Shown: positions 19,390 through 30,250, numbered from the stretch's first letter. The stretch: DNA of 64,000 bases from an uncultured Acidobacteriota bacterium (GCA_963741955.1 CAVUKB010000005.1:928001-992000); one strand, 5' to 3'. Notes: generated from the sequence alone by a model not told the origin. Numbers and translations are program-made.

Positions 19390-20346
19390 CTAGAATTTCA
19401 CTCGGGAAAGCACCGCCTCGGCGGCATCGTGGGGGTTGTCGCGGCGGCGGACGACGTCGTCCAGCAGCTGCTGGTAGTCCGAACGGGAGATCGTCTCCCC
19501 GACCAGACGGTCCATGAACATCTGCTTGAGGCGCGTCTCGATCCGGATGCGCGCGCGGTCGCGACTGCGACGCTCCCGCTCCCCCGATCGTTCGAGGTAG
19601 TCGAAATGTTTCGCGATCTCCGCGTCGAGATCCTCGATTCCCTTCGAGAGCCAAGCGACCGTCTTCACGATCGGCGGCACCCACTCACCGTGCTCCTCGA
19701 GGAGCGAGAGCATCATCATGATCTCGGTGACGGTGCGGTCGGCCCCCGGGCGGTCGGCCTTGTTCACTGCGAAGACGTCGCCGATCTCCATGATTCCGGC
19801 CTTGATCGCCTGAATGTCGTCACCCATCCCCGGAACCAGCACCACGACATTCGTCTGCACCGTCCGGATCACTTCGACTTCGTCCTGCCCCACGCCGACC
19901 GTCTCGACCAGGACGTAGTCGAAGCCGGCAGCGTCGAGGATGTCGACCACGTCGTTGGTCGCCTGGGCGAGCCCGCCGAGGAATCCGCGTGTGGCCATGG
20001 AACGGATGTAGACGCCCGGGTCGGTGTAGAGCTGCTGCATCCGGATGCGGTCGCCGAGGATCGCCCCGCCGCTGAAGGGAGAGGTGGGGTCGACTGCGAT
20101 GATGCCCACGCGCTTGTCGTGGGTACGGTAGTAGCGGGCGAGCGCGGAGACGAGGGTCGACTTTCCGGCGCCGGGCGAACCGGTGATGCCGATGACGCGC
20201 GCCTTCCCGGTGCGAGGGTAGATCTCCGCGAGGAGTCGCGTGGCGTCGGGATCGTTCCGCTCCACGAGCGAGATCCCCTGGGCCAGGCCGCGCGTACGCC
20301 CGGCAGCGATCGAGTCGATGATTTTCTGCAGTTTCTCTTCGGACAT
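19390..20346 (-). CDS. meaB: methylmalonyl-CoA mutase-associated GTPase MeaB/ArgK
   Basis: GITGSPGAGKST, AVDPTSPFSGGAILGDRIRM, ETVGVGQ, DDIQAIKAGIMEI, NKAD. Confidence 0.95.
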   Translation of the reverse strand: MSEEKLQKIIDSIAAGRTRGLAQGISLVERNDPDATRLLAEIYPRTGKARVIGITGSPGAGKSTLVSALARYYRTHDKRVGIIAVDPTSPFSGGAILGDRIRMQQLYTDPGVYIRSMATRGFLGGLAQATNDVVDILDAAGFDYVLVETVGVGQDEVEVIRTVQTNVVVLVPGMGDDIQAIKAGIMEIGDVFAVNKADRPGADRTVTEIMMMLSLLEEHGEWVPPIVKTVAWLSKGIEDLDAEIAKHFDYLERSGERERRSRDRARIRIETRLKQMFMDRLVGETISRSDYQQLLDDVVRRRDNPHDAAEAVLSRVKF

Positions 20347-20401
20347 TGCGGAGAAGCGGCCGCCGCGGCCCGGAAGCCGCGGCGCACCGGATGCGCTGAG
20401 C

Positions 20402-21544
20402 TTATTCGGAGAGGAGATTCCGTGCAATGACGAGCCGCTGGATCTCGCTCGTCCCTTCGCCGATGGTGCAGAGCTTCACGTCGCGGTAGTACTTCTCCGC
20501 CGGATACTCCTTGATGAATCCGTATCCGCCGAAGATCTGGACTCCCTTCTCCGTCGCCCGGACGGCGACCTCGGAGGCGTAGAGCTTCGCCATCGCGGAC
20601 GGCTGGGTCGTCTTCTCGCCGGAGTCCTTCAGTGCCGCAGCGCGGTAGCAGAGGAGACGCGCCGCTTCGATCTCCGTCGCCATGTCGGCGAGCATGAACT
20701 GGATCGCCTGGAACCCGGCGATCGGCTGCCCGAACGCGGTCCGCTGCTTCGCATAGTCACGCGCCGAGTCGTATGCGCCTCGCGCGATGCCGAGGGCGAT
20801 CGCGGCGATTGAAATGCGCCCTCCGTCGAGAACCTTCATCGCGTCGATGAATCCGTGGCCGACTTTCCCGAGCACGTTCGCGTTCGGCACGCGGCAGTCT
20901 TCCATCACCAGTTCGGAGGTGTCGGAAGCACGCATCCCGAGCTTGTTCTCTTTCTTCCCGGCCTTGATTCCCTTCCGGTCCATCTCGATCGCAAACGCAG
21001 TGATGCCGTGCTTCCGGTCGTTCGGATCGGTGACCGCGAGAACCACCGCGATGTTCGCGTAACGCGCATTGGTGATGAAGTTCTTGGTTCCGTTCACCAC
21101 CCAGTCGTCGCCGTCTTTCACCGCTGTGGTGCGCATTCCTGAAGCGTCGCTTCCGGAGCCCGGCTCGGTGAGACCCCAGCAGCCGATCCACTCACCGCTG
21201 GCGAGCTTCGGGACCCACTTCTTCTTCTGCTCTTCGTTGCCGGCGAGATAGATGTGCCCGGTGCAGAGGGAGTTGTGCGCGGCGACGATGAGGGCGACGG
21301 AGCTGTCGACGGCTGCCAGCTCTTCCATCGCGTTCACGTAATCGACGTAGCTCAATCCCGACCCGCCGTACTCCTCGGGAAAAATGATCCCGAGCATCCC
21401 GAGCTCGCCGAGCTTCTTCACCACGTCGAGCGGAAACTCCTGCTTCTCGTCCCACTCCATCACGTGCGGTTTGATCTCGCCCACGGCGAAATCGCGAACC
21501 ATCTCTTTGACCTGCTTCTGCTCGTCGTTCAGACGGAAATCCAT
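20402..21544 (-). CDS. acyl-CoA dehydrogenase (short/branched-chain type)
   Basis: [51 protein letters not shown]. Confidence 0.95.
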   Translation of the reverse strand: MDFRLNDEQKQVKEMVRDFAVGEIKPHVMEWDEKQEFPLDVVKKLGELGMLGIIFPEEYGGSGLSYVDYVNAMEELAAVDSSVALIVAAHNSLCTGHIYLAGNEEQKKKWVPKLASGEWIGCWGLTEPGSGSDASGMRTTAVKDGDDWVVNGTKNFITNARYANIAVVLAVTDPNDRKHGITAFAIEMDRKGIKAGKKENKLGMRASDTSELVMEDCRVPNANVLGKVGHGFIDAMKVLDGGRISIAAIALGIARGAYDSARDYAKQRTAFGQPIAGFQAIQFMLADMATEIEAARLLCYRAAALKDSGEKTTQPSAMAKLYASEVAVRATEKGVQIFGGYGFIKEYPAEKYYRDVKLCTIGEGTSEIQRLVIARNLLSE

Positions 21545-21733
21545 TCCTGTCTCCTCGGCTGGTTTCGTTGCGGGGGGCACCGTTCCGGGCGCGTCAGAAG
21601 GCTCACCAGGAGGTGGGAGCGGTCGTGGCGCATCCGGTGCGGCGCATTCTATCGTCTGACCGCGAAAGAGGCCAGCCGGGGAAAAGCCGGGGCGCGGAGG
21701 GGGCCGGCGGCGGGTACAGTCTCTCCAGCCGCA

Positions 21734-21947
21734 ATGGCCCTGAACTTAAGCAAAATCCGCGTGTCAGCCAGGAGTCGGCGCGAGCTTGCTGAGCAGCGAA
21801 GGATCCCCTCTCCGAGGGGCGCCACGGCTCCCGCCGTGGCCGCGCAGATCGGCTTCAGAACGGAACGAGACACACCTGTGGCAGATGCGCAGTAGCTCCG
21901 CACATTGGCTCTGTGAACACCCACAGTGCCACTTAAGTTCGGGCCAT
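21734..21947. mobile_element. ~214-bp MITE-like element, copy 2 (inverted)
   Basis: Reverse complement of 19124-19337 with a few substitutions. Confidence 0.8.
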
Positions 21948-21952
21948 TGTCT

Positions 21953-21989
21953 CTAGCCCGCATTTCTCACACCATCTCGTCGCGGAGGA
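21953..21989. mobile_element. solitary end of the IS1380-type MITE
   Basis: CTAGCCCGCATTTCTCACACCATCTCGTCGCGGAGGA matches the reverse complement of the right end of 11003-11121. Confidence 0.7.
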
Positions 21990-21997
21990 ACGACCCG

Positions 21998-22489
21998 CTA
22001 TCCCCTCAGCTTGCGGATCAGCTGGATCTGCCCGGTGTGGTAGAGGTCATGCGATGACGCGCCGAGGATCAGCTCGACGTACGTGAATTTCCCTCCCTTC
22101 GCGGTGTCGGGAAAAAGTTGCGGGTCGAATCCTTCGACGAGCTCGAGCAGAAGCGAGTGCCACTTCTTCAGGAGCTCGACGTCGGCCTTCCATGCCGCCG
22201 GGGTGAAAGGGGCGTCGCGCGGGAAGAAGTTCGAGCCCGGAAGGTCGAACGTGCGAGGAGTCTCGTCCGACAGAATGCGGCAGACGCGGTACTTCCAGTA
22301 GGCCGCGTGCAACGCGAGCTCCGCGATGTTGTGGCGCGTCGGCTGCGGGCGCCACACCGCAACTTCGGCAGAGACCCGGCGCAGCGCGCCGAGGAGGTTC
22401 GTCCCGTGCCAGGAACCCCGATCGAAAGCCATGCGCAGCTGGTTCGCGAGAAGGGCGATCCGGGGGTCGGGCGTGTTCTTGTGCGGCAT
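21998..22489 (-). CDS. DinB/YfiT-family protein
   Basis: SWHG, HNIAELALHAAYW, HDLYHTGQI metal-binding His pattern; GGAG RBS. Confidence 0.9.
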   Translation of the reverse strand: MPHKNTPDPRIALLANQLRMAFDRGSWHGTNLLGALRRVSAEVAVWRPQPTRHNIAELALHAAYWKYRVCRILSDETPRTFDLPGSNFFPRDAPFTPAAWKADVELLKKWHSLLLELVEGFDPQLFPDTAKGGKFTYVELILGASSHDLYHTGQIQLIRKLRG

Positions 22490-22551
22490 GAGCTCTCCTC
22501 CATCAGCCGTTCGTGCGGGCGTGGTCAGCGAAGCGAGCGCGCCCGGCGGCT

Positions 22552-23016
22552 TCAGACGTACGTCAGTTCCGTGGTGACGTCGATCGCCTTTTCGATCGAG
22601 CGATAGACGGGACACCCCTCCTTGTGAACCGAATGCACCCGCTCGATGGTTTCGCGCGAGGCATCCTCCCCCACTTTCAGCTCGTACACGACGTGAATGC
22701 GCTTGATGACGATCACTTTTCCCTCCAGCTCGATCTCACCCGTCGCATTCGACGCGATCTTTTCGAATCGGATCTCGCGCGCTGCCAGCGCGCCGGCAAA
22801 AGTGCCCGTCAGTCACCCGGCCGCGGCCGCGACGACGTAGTCGAGAGTCGTCGCATGGTCCTCGTACCTGCCCGGAGGAACTCCGTAATGCTCCGCCACC
22901 GCGCCGTGCAAGCCGAAGATCACCGGCTCGCTCTCGCCGGGAAGCCATGCACGGCGGATCGGCCCGCGTTCCCGCTCGATACGCACGTTCGACCGATAGA
23001 CGACGTCACCCGCCAT
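22552..23016 (-). CDS. OsmC-family protein with in-frame TGA (candidate selenoprotein, Sec68)
   Basis: MAGDVVY...DYVVAAAAG-TGA(22813-22815)-LTGTFAGALAARE...IKRIHV...GCPVYRSI...YV-stop; strong GGAGGAGG RBS; the ORF track shows only the part before the TGA. Confidence 0.88.
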
Positions 23017-23060
23017 GCAGCACCTCCTCCTCGATCCTATGACCATACCAGAAACGAGAG

Positions 23061-23560
23061 GACCGCCGGCATCCCTGCCGGCTGTGACGAGCATCCCGTG
23101 CTCGTCACCCTTCACCGCCTCGGTTCGCAACTCGGCTCGACGCGAGAACCTCGATCCTCCCGAGATCCTCGCCACGGCGGAAGCCGTGGCGCCCCTCCGC
23201 TTCACGTTGTGGAGCTGCTGGTCCACGTTGTGGAGCTGCTGAATGCCCAGGTTCCTCGCGGTCAGGCTCGGAAGCCGTGGCACCCCAGCCCAGGACCGCC
23301 GGCATCCCTGCCGGCTCGTGACGAGCATCCCGTGCTCGTCACCCTTCACCGCCCCGGTTCGCAACTCGGCTCGACGCGAGAACCTCGATCCTCCCGAGAT
23401 CCTCGCCACGGCGGAAGCCGTGGCGCCCCTCTGCTTCACGTTGTGGAGCTGCTGGTCCACGTTGTGGAGCTGCTGAATGCCCAGGTTCCTCGCGGTCAGG
23501 CGCAGAGGCCTGACCGCAGCTGGCTCGGAAGCCGTGGCGCTCCCGCCCAGGACCGCCGGC
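23061..23560. repeat. tandem array, ~234-bp unit x ~2, REP-like hairpins (family 2)
   Basis: GACCGCCGGCATCCCTGCCGGC at 23061 and 23294, partial at 23551; hairpin GCCACGGC-GGAA-GCCGTGGC; internal 21-bp direct repeat. Confidence 0.92.
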
Positions 23561-23632
23561 GATAGAAGGGCCGGCGAGTTTCCGCCCGCCGGCCCAAATT
23601 CGAAATCCCAAATCCGAAATCCGAAATCGTTC

Positions 23633-25774
23633 TCAGAATCCCTTCGGCAAAGTCATGCCGAGGTTCTTCGCGAGGAACGACCACGCGTCGGCGGTCTCTT
23701 CGATGATCTTCCTGGTCGGCTTCCCGGCGCCGTGGCCCGCACGGGTCTCGATCCGGATCAGCACCGGAGCGTCACCCGCCTGGTCTTCCTGCAGGCGCGC
23801 CGCGAACTTGAAGCTGTGGCCCGGCACGACGCGATCATCGTGGTCGGCCGTGGTCACGAGCGTCGCCGGATACCTCGTTCCCGGCTTCAGGTTGTGGTAC
23901 GGCGAGTAGGCGTAGAGCGCCTTGAACTCCTCCGGATTGTCGGACGAACCGTAGTCGTCGACCCAGAACCGCCCCGCGGTGAACTTCTGGAAGCGGAGCA
24001 TGTCCATCACGCCGACTGCCGGAAGTGCCGCTCCGAAGAGCTCCGGGCGCTGGGTCATGGTCGCGCCGACCAGGAGGCCTCCGTTGCTCCCTCCCTGAAT
24101 GGCGAGCTTCGCCGGGCGCGTGTAGTGATTGTCGATCAGCCATTGCGCGGCCGCGATGAAGTCGTCGAAGACGTTCTGCTTCTGCAGCTTCGTCCCTGCC
24201 TTGTGCCACGCCTGGCCGTACTCTCCTCCGCCCCGCAGGTTCGGGATCGCCAGTACACCGCCCATCTGCAGCCACACCAGACGGGTGATGGAGAACGACG
24301 GAGTGAGAGAGATGTCGAATCCGCCGTAGCCGTAGAGGAGCGTCGGATTGTTCCCGTCGAGCTTCAGCCCCTTCCGGTGCGCGAGGAACATCGGGACCTT
24401 CGTCCCGTCCTTGGAGTGATAGAAGACCTGCTCGACGACGTATTGATTCGGATCGAAGTCGACCCTGGTCTTGTAGAAGACGCTCTTCTCTCCCGTCGCG
24501 ACGTCGTAGCGGTAAATGGTCGGAGGGGTGGTGAAGCTCTGGAAGGAATAGAAGGTCTCAGGATCGGAGCGTTTTCCACCGAACCCGTTCACGCTTCCGA
24601 TCCCGCCGAGGTCGACGTCACGGACGGACTTCCCGGACGTGGTGAAGATCCGGACGCGTGATTTCGCATCCTGGAGATATTCGGCAGTGAGAAGACCTCC
24701 GACGTAGCTCACGCCTTCGAGGGTCGCCTCCTGCTGCGGGATGATCTCCTTCCAGTTCGCCGGTTCGGGGTTGCGCACGTCCATCGAAATCACCCTGCCG
24801 CGCGGTGCGTCGAGATCCGTCTTGAAGTAAAAGACCGGACCGTCGTTGCCGATGAAGCTGTACTCGTTGTCGAACGCACCGACGAGCGTGACCGCTCCGG
24901 CGTTCGCTTCGCGGAGATCCTTGTAGTACACCTGATAGCGGGCGTCTGTTCCCTTGCTGACGGTGATGATCAGATAGCGTCCGTCTTCCGTGACGGTCGG
25001 CTCGAACCCCCACTCCGGCTGGTCGGGGCGCTCGTACACCACGTAGTCCTCCGACTGCGGAGTCCCGACGCGGTGGTAGTAGATCTTCATGTTCTTGTTC
25101 AGGCTCTGGAACTCGGCCTGCTGCGACGGCGCGGGATAGCGTCCGTAGAAAAAGCCGCGGCTGTCGCCGGACCAGTCCGCGCCGGAGAATTTGGACCAGT
25201 GCAACTCATCCGGCAGCACCTTCCCGCCGTCGATCTCCATCACGTGCCACGTCCGCCAGTCGGAGCCGGCGTCGGCTACGGCGTACGCGACGTAGCGCCC
25301 GTCGTTGCTGAACGCCATTCCGCCCAGGGCGACCGTGCCGTCCTTCGACCACGTATTCGGATCGATCAGCACCCGCGGCTCTTCGGCCAGCGAGTTCTGG
25401 ACGTAGACGACGGACTGGTTCTGCAGGCCATCGTTCTTCGTGAAGTAGTAACGGCCCCCCGCTTTGAACGGAGTGCTCCGCTTCTCGTAGTTCCACAGCT
25501 TCGTGAGGCGCTCGGTGATCGCGTCGCGTCCCGGAAGCTTCTCCAGGTACGCGAAAGTCACCTTGTTCTCGGCGTCGACCCAGTCGCGGACTTCCGGCGA
25601 GGTGCGGACGTCCTGCTCGAGCCAGCGGTAGGGGTCGGGGACGATCGTTCCGTGGTAATCGTCGGTGTGGTCGATCTTCTTGGTCTTCGGATACTGGAGC
25701 TGCTGTCCCAGCATCGGTGAGGCGGAGAGAAGGAGCGTGAGAACACCGGCAAGAAGCCGGATCGCGAGAGACAT
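23633..25774 (-). CDS. prolyl oligopeptidase (S9A), exported
   Basis: Signal peptide; DPYRWLE, GYGGF, GGSNGG, HDDRV, AGHGAGK. Confidence 0.97.
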   Translation of the reverse strand: MSLAIRLLAGVLTLLLSASPMLGQQLQYPKTKKIDHTDDYHGTIVPDPYRWLEQDVRTSPEVRDWVDAENKVTFAYLEKLPGRDAITERLTKLWNYEKRSTPFKAGGRYYFTKNDGLQNQSVVYVQNSLAEEPRVLIDPNTWSKDGTVALGGMAFSNDGRYVAYAVADAGSDWRTWHVMEIDGGKVLPDELHWSKFSGADWSGDSRGFFYGRYPAPSQQAEFQSLNKNMKIYYHRVGTPQSEDYVVYERPDQPEWGFEPTVTEDGRYLIITVSKGTDARYQVYYKDLREANAGAVTLVGAFDNEYSFIGNDGPVFYFKTDLDAPRGRVISMDVRNPEPANWKEIIPQQEATLEGVSYVGGLLTAEYLQDAKSRVRIFTTSGKSVRDVDLGGIGSVNGFGGKRSDPETFYSFQSFTTPPTIYRYDVATGEKSVFYKTRVDFDPNQYVVEQVFYHSKDGTKVPMFLAHRKGLKLDGNNPTLLYGYGGFDISLTPSFSITRLVWLQMGGVLAIPNLRGGGEYGQAWHKAGTKLQKQNVFDDFIAAAQWLIDNHYTRPAKLAIQGGSNGGLLVGATMTQRPELFGAALPAVGVMDMLRFQKFTAGRFWVDDYGSSDNPEEFKALYAYSPYHNLKPGTRYPATLVTTADHDDRVVPGHSFKFAARLQEDQAGDAPVLIRIETRAGHGAGKPTRKIIEETADAWSFLAKNLGMTLPKGF

Positions 25775-26079
25775 TCAAAACCTCCGTTCAGTGGAGATGG
25801 ACGGCGACGGACGGGCCGGCGCGGAATGACGGATTGTACCGGATGCAAAGAGGGGGAATCGTCGATCGAGGATGGTGGATCGAGGATCCGGGGAAGACGA
25901 GGAAAAAGTTTGCAGAACGTCTACAACTCTTCGATGTTTCGCGCCGGCCGCCTCTCGATCTCGATCTTCGGCCACACCGGCGCCGTGGACCCCTCGATAT
26001 CGAGACAGTCGTGGCGGCTCTGCAACGTGCTGTTCGCGGTCTCGTCGGATGGCCCTATGATTCGCTGAGGGAGGTCCGG

Positions 26080-27624
26080 ATGAAACGAAGCTCGACGCGC
26101 ATTGCTTTCTCGATCCTCACCCTTCTCCTCTTCACCGCCGCTGCGAACGCGGCCGTGGTCGGGGACGTCCGCGAGTGGCGCCGGGCGCACGCGAAGCCGA
26201 TCATCGAGGATCTCGTCTCTCTCGTCTCGATCCCTAACGTCGCCCGCGATGCGGCCGACATCGAGAAGAACGCGGCGAAGATCGAGTCGATGTTTCGCGC
26301 TCGCGGAGTGACGACCCGGCTCCTTCGCGTCGAGGGAGCTCCGCCGGTCGTCTTCGGCCGTCTCGACACGCCGGGTGCGACACGAACCGTCGTCTTCTAC
26401 GCACATTACGACGGACAGCCCGCCGTCGCGACGCAGGGGTGGAAGAGCGCCCCCTGGACGCCCGTCCTCCGCGACGGCCTCCTCGACCAGGGTGCCCGCG
26501 ACCTTCCGTGGAGTGCTCTCGACGGAAAGATCGATCCCGAATGGCGCATCTATGCCCGCTCGGTGAGCGACGACAAGGCACCGATCATCGCCATCCTCGC
26601 CGCGCTCGACGCATTGAAAGCGACCGGGCATCCCCCGACCGTCAATCTTCGCTTCCTCTTCGAAGGCGAAGAGGAAGCAGGCTCGCCGCACCTCGCCGAG
26701 ATCCTCACGCAGAACCGCGATCTTCTCCACGCCGACGCATGGCTCTTCTGCGATGGTCCCGTCCACCAGAGCCGGCGCCTTCAGGTCGTCTTCGGAGCCC
26801 GCGGAGTGACCGGCCTCGAGCTGACCGTCTACGGTCCAACCCGCGCTCTCCACTCCGGCCACTACGGCAACTGGGCACCGAACCCGGCATCGATGCTCTC
26901 GAACCTCCTCGCATCGATGCGCGACGACGACGGTCGAGTCCTGATCGACGGCTTCTACGACCGCGTACGTCCACTCAGCACGACCGAGAAAGCGGCGGTC
27001 GCCGCGATTCCCGACGTCGACGAAGAGCTGCGCCACGATCTCGGCCTCGCGCGCAGCGAGGCCAATGACGCCCGGCTCGTCGAGCGAATCATGATTCCCG
27101 CCATGAACATACGCGGTCTCGAATCGGCCTCGGTCGGCGAGAACGCGCGCAATGCAATCCCCACCGAAGCGCGCGCTTCGATCGACTTCCGGCTGGTGCC
27201 GGACGTCACCCCTGCTGTGGTCCACGGTCTCGTCGAGGCGCATCTTCGCAAGAAGGGGTACTTCATCGTGCATGACGCGCCGGACCAGGCGACTCGCCTC
27301 GCACATCCGAAGATCGTCCGTCTCGATTGGGACGAGGGCTATCCCGGATTCCGCACGCCGATGGACCTTACCGTCTCGAAAGCGGTGATCACCGCGATTC
27401 AGGAGACGTCCGGCGACGAGATCGTAAAGCTCCCGATCCTCGGTGGCAGCCTCCCGCTGGAGATGTTCGACCGGATCTTCGGCGTACCGCTCATCGTCAC
27501 CCCGATGGTGAACCACGACAACAACCAGCATGCCGCGAACGAGAATCTCCGCATCGCGAACCTATGGGAAGGGATCGACATGATGGCGAATCTGATGGCA
27601 CGGCTGGGGCGACTGTGGAGATGA
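26080..27624 (+). CDS. M20/M25/M40 metallopeptidase, exported
   Basis: Signal peptide MKRSSTRIAF; YAHYDGQ, SDDK, EGEEE, LHSGHYG, NQHAANE; GGGAGG RBS. Confidence 0.93.
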   Translation: MKRSSTRIAFSILTLLLFTAAANAAVVGDVREWRRAHAKPIIEDLVSLVSIPNVARDAADIEKNAAKIESMFRARGVTTRLLRVEGAPPVVFGRLDTPGATRTVVFYAHYDGQPAVATQGWKSAPWTPVLRDGLLDQGARDLPWSALDGKIDPEWRIYARSVSDDKAPIIAILAALDALKATGHPPTVNLRFLFEGEEEAGSPHLAEILTQNRDLLHADAWLFCDGPVHQSRRLQVVFGARGVTGLELTVYGPTRALHSGHYGNWAPNPASMLSNLLASMRDDDGRVLIDGFYDRVRPLSTTEKAAVAAIPDVDEELRHDLGLARSEANDARLVERIMIPAMNIRGLESASVGENARNAIPTEARASIDFRLVPDVTPAVVHGLVEAHLRKKGYFIVHDAPDQATRLAHPKIVRLDWDEGYPGFRTPMDLTVSKAVITAIQETSGDEIVKLPILGGSLPLEMFDRIFGVPLIVTPMVNHDNNQHAANENLRIANLWEGIDMMANLMARLGRLWR

Positions 27625-27800
27625 CTGCAACCTGTCGGGACTGGAGCCGATTCGGGAAATCGATGCGGTGTAGGAGCGCCGGATCGCGAGCTCCGTACTC
27701 GTCGCACTTCACCCATCCCGTATCTGAAGCCGCAGGAGAGGCAATCTCAGGCCCCGGGCAAGCCCAAGACGACATCGCCTGATTCGAGGAGCATTCCTGA

Positions 27801-29801
27801 ATGAACGGCATCCCGATCCTTGCGGATCTGATCATCCTCTTCGCCGCGGCCGTGCTGATCATCGTGGTCAGCCAGAGGCTGCGGCTTCATCCCGTCCTGG
27901 GGCTTCTCCTCGCGGGGATCGCGATCGGGCCGTCCGGACTCGCGCTGATTTCCGAGCCGGGCGACGTGAGGACGCTGGCCGGGATCGGAGTCGTGGCGCT
28001 CCTCTTCACCATCGGCCTCGAGTTCTCGGGAGCGCGCCTGCGCCGCATCTGGCGACCGTTTCTCATCGGCGGTTCGTCGCAGGCCCTCGGCACGATCGCG
28101 ATCGTCCTGGCTGTTTCGGTCGCCGTCGGATTCGAAGCGGAGCGCTCACTTTTTTTCGGCTTTCTGATCGCACTCAGCAGCACCGCCATCGTCCTCGGCA
28201 TTTACGGCGATCGGAACGAGATCGACGCACCGCACGGTCGGTTCGTTCTCGGGATTCTCCTTTTCCAGGACTTTCTGGTCGTGCCGATGATCATGCTCAT
28301 ACCGCTGCTCGGCGGATCGGAACATCCCGGAATCACCCCGCTCCTGCTCCGGTTCGGTTTCGGACTCCTGGTGCTCGCCGTCGTTTTCGGGGCAGGGCGA
28401 TACCTCCTGCCGCCTCTCCTGCACATCCTCGTCCGGACTCGCGTCCGCGAGGTGCTCGTGCTCGGCGTGCTGGTCGCAGCACTCGGAATGGCACTGCTGA
28501 CCGAATCGCTCCACTTCTCGCTCGCCCTGGGCGCCTTCCTCGCCGGAATCCTGATCTCCGAATCGGAGTACAGCCATCAGGTCATCGCCGAGGTCGCGCC
28601 GTTCCGCGACGTCTTCGCGAGCGTCTTCTTCGTCTCGATCGGAATGCTGCTGAATCTGCGGTTCTTCGCCGGTCACGCCGGAACGGTGGTGCTCCTTGCG
28701 GTCGGGATCATCGGCCTGAAGCTGCTGCTGGTCTCGGGAATCGTTCGCCTGATGCGCTATCCGATCCGCACCGCGGTTTCCGCGGGTGCCGCGCTGGCCC
28801 AGATCGGCGAATTCTCTTTCGTTCTCGCGACGGTCGGTCTGCAGACGAAGCTCATCGACGGCGATCTCTATCAACTCTTCCTCGCCACTGCCATTCTCAC
28901 CATGATGGTCACCCCGCTGTCGATCGCGTCGGCTCCGTCGCTCGTTTCGCTGCTCGAGCGCCTCGGAGGATCGCAGCGGCCGCGGGAGAAAGAAATGGAA
29001 GAGGAGGAGACCGCCCGGCACGTGATCATCATCGGCTTCGGGGTGACCGGATCGAATCTCGCGCACGTCCTGCGCGAAGTGAAGATCCCCTACCGCGTGG
29101 TGGAGCTGGATGGCGACATCGTCCGCGCGTGCCGCAAGTCGGGTGAACCGATCTTCTTCGGCGATGCCACCCGGCGGGAGATCCTCGAGCTGGCGGGGAT
29201 CGAACGAGCAGCCGTCGTGGTGGTCGGAATCTCGGATGCGATGGCGACCGAGCGGATCGTCCGCTTCGCGCGCGATCTGAATCCGTCGATCCACATCGTC
29301 GTGCGGACCCCGCGACTCGCGGACATCGAGAGGATCGACCGGCTCGGAGCCGACGACGTTCTCGCGGAAGAATTCGAGACGTCGATCGAGATCTTCACCC
29401 GAGTCCTCGAGCGTTTCCACATTCCGCGCAACATCATCCAGGCGCAGCGTCAGGTGCTCCGCGCCGACGCTTACGAGATCTTCCGCCGTTCCGAGCCGCA
29501 GAGTGGAATCTCACGCACGGTCGCAGAGATCCTCGGCTCCGGCCTCACCGACATCTTCCGGGTCGAACACGAAAGCCACGCCGCTGAGCGAACGCTCGAG
29601 GAGCTCAATCTTCGACGGGCGACCGGAGCTTCGATCATCGCAGTCGTTCGCGACCAGCAAGCCTGGCCGGGACCCCCGGCCAATCTGAGCCTGAAACCGA
29701 ACGACTTCGTGGTCGTGGTCGGCGGCCACGCCGAGATCGATGCAGCGTTCCGATTCCTCGCGAGCGGCCCGGAGCTTGATGATGATCGAAGCTCGGGCTG
29801 A
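27801..29801 (+). CDS. CPA2 cation:proton antiporter with TrkA-N/TrkA-C (RCK) domains (Kef-like)
   Basis: LFTIGLEF, SSTAIV, LLFQD, GAFLAG, QIGEFSFV, IIGFGVTG, FGDAT. Confidence 0.93.
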   Translation: MNGIPILADLIILFAAAVLIIVVSQRLRLHPVLGLLLAGIAIGPSGLALISEPGDVRTLAGIGVVALLFTIGLEFSGARLRRIWRPFLIGGSSQALGTIAIVLAVSVAVGFEAERSLFFGFLIALSSTAIVLGIYGDRNEIDAPHGRFVLGILLFQDFLVVPMIMLIPLLGGSEHPGITPLLLRFGFGLLVLAVVFGAGRYLLPPLLHILVRTRVREVLVLGVLVAALGMALLTESLHFSLALGAFLAGILISESEYSHQVIAEVAPFRDVFASVFFVSIGMLLNLRFFAGHAGTVVLLAVGIIGLKLLLVSGIVRLMRYPIRTAVSAGAALAQIGEFSFVLATVGLQTKLIDGDLYQLFLATAILTMMVTPLSIASAPSLVSLLERLGGSQRPREKEMEEEETARHVIIIGFGVTGSNLAHVLREVKIPYRVVELDGDIVRACRKSGEPIFFGDATRREILELAGIERAAVVVVGISDAMATERIVRFARDLNPSIHIVVRTPRLADIERIDRLGADDVLAEEFETSIEIFTRVLERFHIPRNIIQAQRQVLRADAYEIFRRSEPQSGISRTVAEILGSGLTDIFRVEHESHAAERTLEELNLRRATGASIIAVVRDQQAWPGPPANLSLKPNDFVVVVGGHAEIDAAFRFLASGPELDDDRSSG

Positions 29802-29950
29802 GGTCTACCCGACCGTGGATGACCTTCTGCATACGTGGAGTGAGCGGCGTGATCCTTTTCGACGCGAACGAGACATGCCTCGATCTCTTTCTCCTCTCGA
29901 CCGCCATTTCGAGCGCCTCTTCCCGGTCGATGCCGGGTTAAGATACGTAT

Positions 29951-30250
29951 ATGGGCGCAATGACCATCGATTCCGGCGCGCTTCGGGCGTTCTGCGAAAG
30001 ACACCACATCACGCGGCTGTCTCTTTTCGGATCGGCACTCCGCGGCGAGCTTTCAGAATCGAGCGACATCGATGTACTGGTCGAGTTTGACCCTGCTCAC
30101 ATTCCCGGCTTTTTCGGCATCATCGAGATGGAAGAGGAGCTGACCGGGATGTTCCATCGAAAAGTCGACCTGAGAACTGCGCGGGATCTGTCCCGACACT
30201 TCCGCGCGGAAGTGATCCGGGAGGCGAAGCCCCTTTATGAGGCCATCTGA
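29951..30250 (+). CDS. MNT nucleotidyltransferase antitoxin (MntA-like)
   Basis: LFGS-x10-DID motif, KVDL; overlaps the HEPN gene. Confidence 0.9.
   Translation: MGAMTIDSGALRAFCERHHITRLSLFGSALRGELSESSDIDVLVEFDPAHIPGFFGIIEMEEELTGMFHRKVDLRTARDLSRHFRAEVIREAKPLYEAI

Noticed and set aside
23596-23630. Heptamer-like runs (AAATCCG; also TCCTCGA at ~11520 and GGATCG at ~41550)
   Set aside because: Short degenerate intergenic microsatellites with no evidence of function.
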